Below are positions 37,986 through 39,663 of a DNA stretch of 39,663 nt, in pieces; position 1 is the stretch's first letter, and every line of letters starts with the position of its first letter. Made by a program: the position numbers and the translations under genes. Origin of the DNA: Gemmatimonadota bacterium (GTDB taxonomy: Bacteria; Gemmatimonadota; Gemmatimonadetes; Gemmatimonadales; Gemmatimonadaceae); assembly GCA_031372565.1 (NCBI GenBank), contig JANMLN010000132.1, positions 1-39,663 on the forward strand. The letters are read 5' to 3'. The notes below the pieces were generated by a model, which worked only from the letters and a program-made list of their open reading frames with translations, was not told the DNA's origin and did not search any database.

Positions 37986-39566
37986 TCAGTGCGCTGCTGC
38001 CCGGCGCAGCGAGTCGCGCAACGCGGTCCACCCGCGCTGGTCCGGCTCGAGCGCGAGCCCTGCATCAATGAGGGCCGCCGCCTCGTCGCCCTTGCCCTGC
38101 GCGACGCGCAGCCGCACGAGCACCGTGCGACTCCGCCGCGACGCCGGCCACCGCGCCAGCGCGTGCTCCAGCCAGTGCTCGGCGCGCGCGGTATCGCCGG
38201 CGGCGAGTTCCTGGATCGCGGCCGCGTGCACCAGCCGGTGGTCGCGATCGAAGAGCGCGAGCCCGCGCTCGTACGCGATGATGGCAGAGTCTCGCTGGGC
38301 GCGTAACACATGGACGTTGCCCTGGAACATCCAGCCCGCGTAACTGTCCGGGTTTCGCGTGACGAACGCGTGCACGGCGGTGGCCGTGCGGTCCCACACG
38401 GGCACGTCGCGGGCCGAGATCGCCGCGGCGACGCCGAGGATCACGCCCGTTCCTGCCAGCGCGACGCGACGCACGACGCCCGCCGCGGGCACCAGCGCGA
38501 ATGCGCTCGCGAGCAGCAGCACGATCCCGATGCTCGGCGTGTACAGCGTGCGTTCGGCGAGCACGACTCCGGCGCGGAAGATGAGGTTCGAGACCGGGAG
38601 CAGCGTGGCGGACGTGAGCACCACGGCAAAGGCCGGCCACGATGGACGACGGACGAACAGCACCGTCGCTGCGATGCCGGCGAGCACCAGCGCAACGCCG
38701 ACCGCGAGCATCGCCACGTCGGGAGCGAGCACCTGGGCGGTCGTCGGCGAGTACTCGTAGCGCGGCAGTTGCGGCACGAGCATCAGCCCCAGTGTCTGCG
38801 GCAGGATGCTGAGGGCGAGCAGGAGTCCACCGGCCCACGTGGTGGCCTGAAACGCCATGTGCGCCTGATCGCCGCCGAGCGTGCCGAGCACGAGGAAGCG
38901 CGCCGCGAGCAACGGCAGCAGGCCGCACGCGGCGGCCGTGCCGAGGGAGACTGCGCGCGCGCGGTCTCGCGTGGCAGCCCATGCCGCCCCTGCCGCCACG
39001 AGGGGGGCGGCCACGCCGATCTCCTTGGCGCCGAGCGCCGCGCCGGCCAACAGGGCGCAGGCGAGCCACCGGTCTCGCGCCGCCCCTCCTTCGCGCGATG
39101 CCACCAGTGCCACCCCGAGCAGCGCCGCGCCGCACATCAGTTCGGCGCGCCCGACCGCATTGCAGACCGCCTCGACGTGCACCGGGTGTACGGCAAACGC
39201 GACCCCCGCAACCCCGGCCGCGAACGACGGGAGCCAGCGGAGGGCGAGCATCACGACCATCGCGCTGGCGAGCGCGTGCCAGAGGATGTTGCCCAGGTGG
39301 AACGGCCAAGCCGCGCCGCCGCCGATGGCCCAGTCGATGCCGAAGCTGAGAGTGGTGAGGGGGCGGTAGAGCGTACCGTACTGGATCCAGTACGGGCGAC
39401 CGAGCGCGGTGGGGAGATCGCTCAGCGAGTGAATGAGGCGGTTCTGGACGAGCATGGGCTCGTCGTCGTACGCGAAGCCGAGGCGGACCGCGAAGGCGTA
39501 GGTGGCGAGCGCAGCGATCGCGGCGATGGCGATCGCTGCGCGGTCGGCAGTGCGGTCACGCGGCAT
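37986..39566 (-). CDS. TMTC-like GT-C glycosyltransferase (DUF1736-type) with C-terminal TPR repeats
   Basis: FAYDD after the first TM helix, LYRPLTTLSF, FHLGNILWH, FAVHPVHVEAV...VGRAE, AKE, LAERTLYTPS, then TPR-like helices. Confidence 0.85.
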   Translation of the reverse strand: MPRDRTADRAAIAIAAIAALATYAFAVRLGFAYDDEPMLVQNRLIHSLSDLPTALGRPYWIQYGTLYRPLTTLSFGIDWAIGGGAAWPFHLGNILWHALASAMVVMLALRWLPSFAAGVAGVAFAVHPVHVEAVCNAVGRAELMCGAALLGVALVASREGGAARDRWLACALLAGAALGAKEIGVAAPLVAAGAAWAATRDRARAVSLGTAAACGLLPLLAARFLVLGTLGGDQAHMAFQATTWAGGLLLALSILPQTLGLMLVPQLPRYEYSPTTAQVLAPDVAMLAVGVALVLAGIAATVLFVRRPSWPAFAVVLTSATLLPVSNLIFRAGVVLAERTLYTPSIGIVLLLASAFALVPAAGVVRRVALAGTGVILGVAAAISARDVPVWDRTATAVHAFVTRNPDSYAGWMFQGNVHVLRAQRDSAIIAYERGLALFDRDHRLVHAAAIQELAAGDTARAEHWLEHALARWPASRRSRTVLVRLRVAQGKGDEAAALIDAGLALEPDQRGWTALRDSLRRAAAH

Positions 39567-39580
39567 CGTGGAAGGTACGG

Positions 39581-39646
39581 GTCGTCGTGAGCGAAGCGAA
39601 GGACCCCTGTCGGCGTGTCGTCCTGAGCGCAGCGAAGGACCTGCTT
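39581..39646. repeat. Intergenic palindromic (REP/MITE-like) repeat, copy 2, probably cut by the window end
   Basis: A degenerate head GTCGTCGTGAGCGAAGCGAAGGACCC (39581) is followed by GTCGTCCTGAGCGCAGCGAAGGACCTGCTT (39617-39646), identical to 16830-16859. Confidence 0.85.
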
Positions 39647-39663
39647 GTGCTGTTACTCCCAGC

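Overview
High-GC bacterial chromosomal window; the gene content and order suggest Gemmatimonadota, but that is inference. Most of it is housekeeping or envelope DNA. It starts with the 3' end of a TonB-dependent receptor gene, a VapBC toxin-antitoxin pair, a kinase-like gene remnant, a CIA30 gene and a lipoprotein gene. A long, tightly coupled minus-strand run follows: lepA, waaF, ROK kinase, PfkB kinase, STAS-HATPase, STAS-wHTH, a small DPBB protein, a Cys/Met PLP enzyme, ftsE, ftsX, envC, nfo. The plus-strand run is an ATPase-less PilB/GspE-N-domain protein, DUF58, BatA/VWA, mfd, two parvulin PPIases, pdxA, a CDF exporter, an extended pilT and an Oar-like TonB receptor. The window ends with a LytS/LytTR system divergent from a MacB-type ABC exporter and a TMTC-like GT-C glycosyltransferase. 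I saw no rRNA, tRNA, CRISPR array, transposase or integrase. The best candidate for an undescribed system is the coupled STAS-HATPase plus STAS-wHTH pair behind two sugar kinases, which looks like a sigma-free serine-kinase switch. Other notable items: vapC is in frame with vapB behind a single TAG and seems to start at CTG; nfo has an (AKV/AKA)x12 tandem-repeat tail; two type IV pilus motor proteins have unusual domain layouts; a dispersed palindromic repeat occurs twice; and several genes look leaderless. All family calls come from motif recognition by eye, with no database search.
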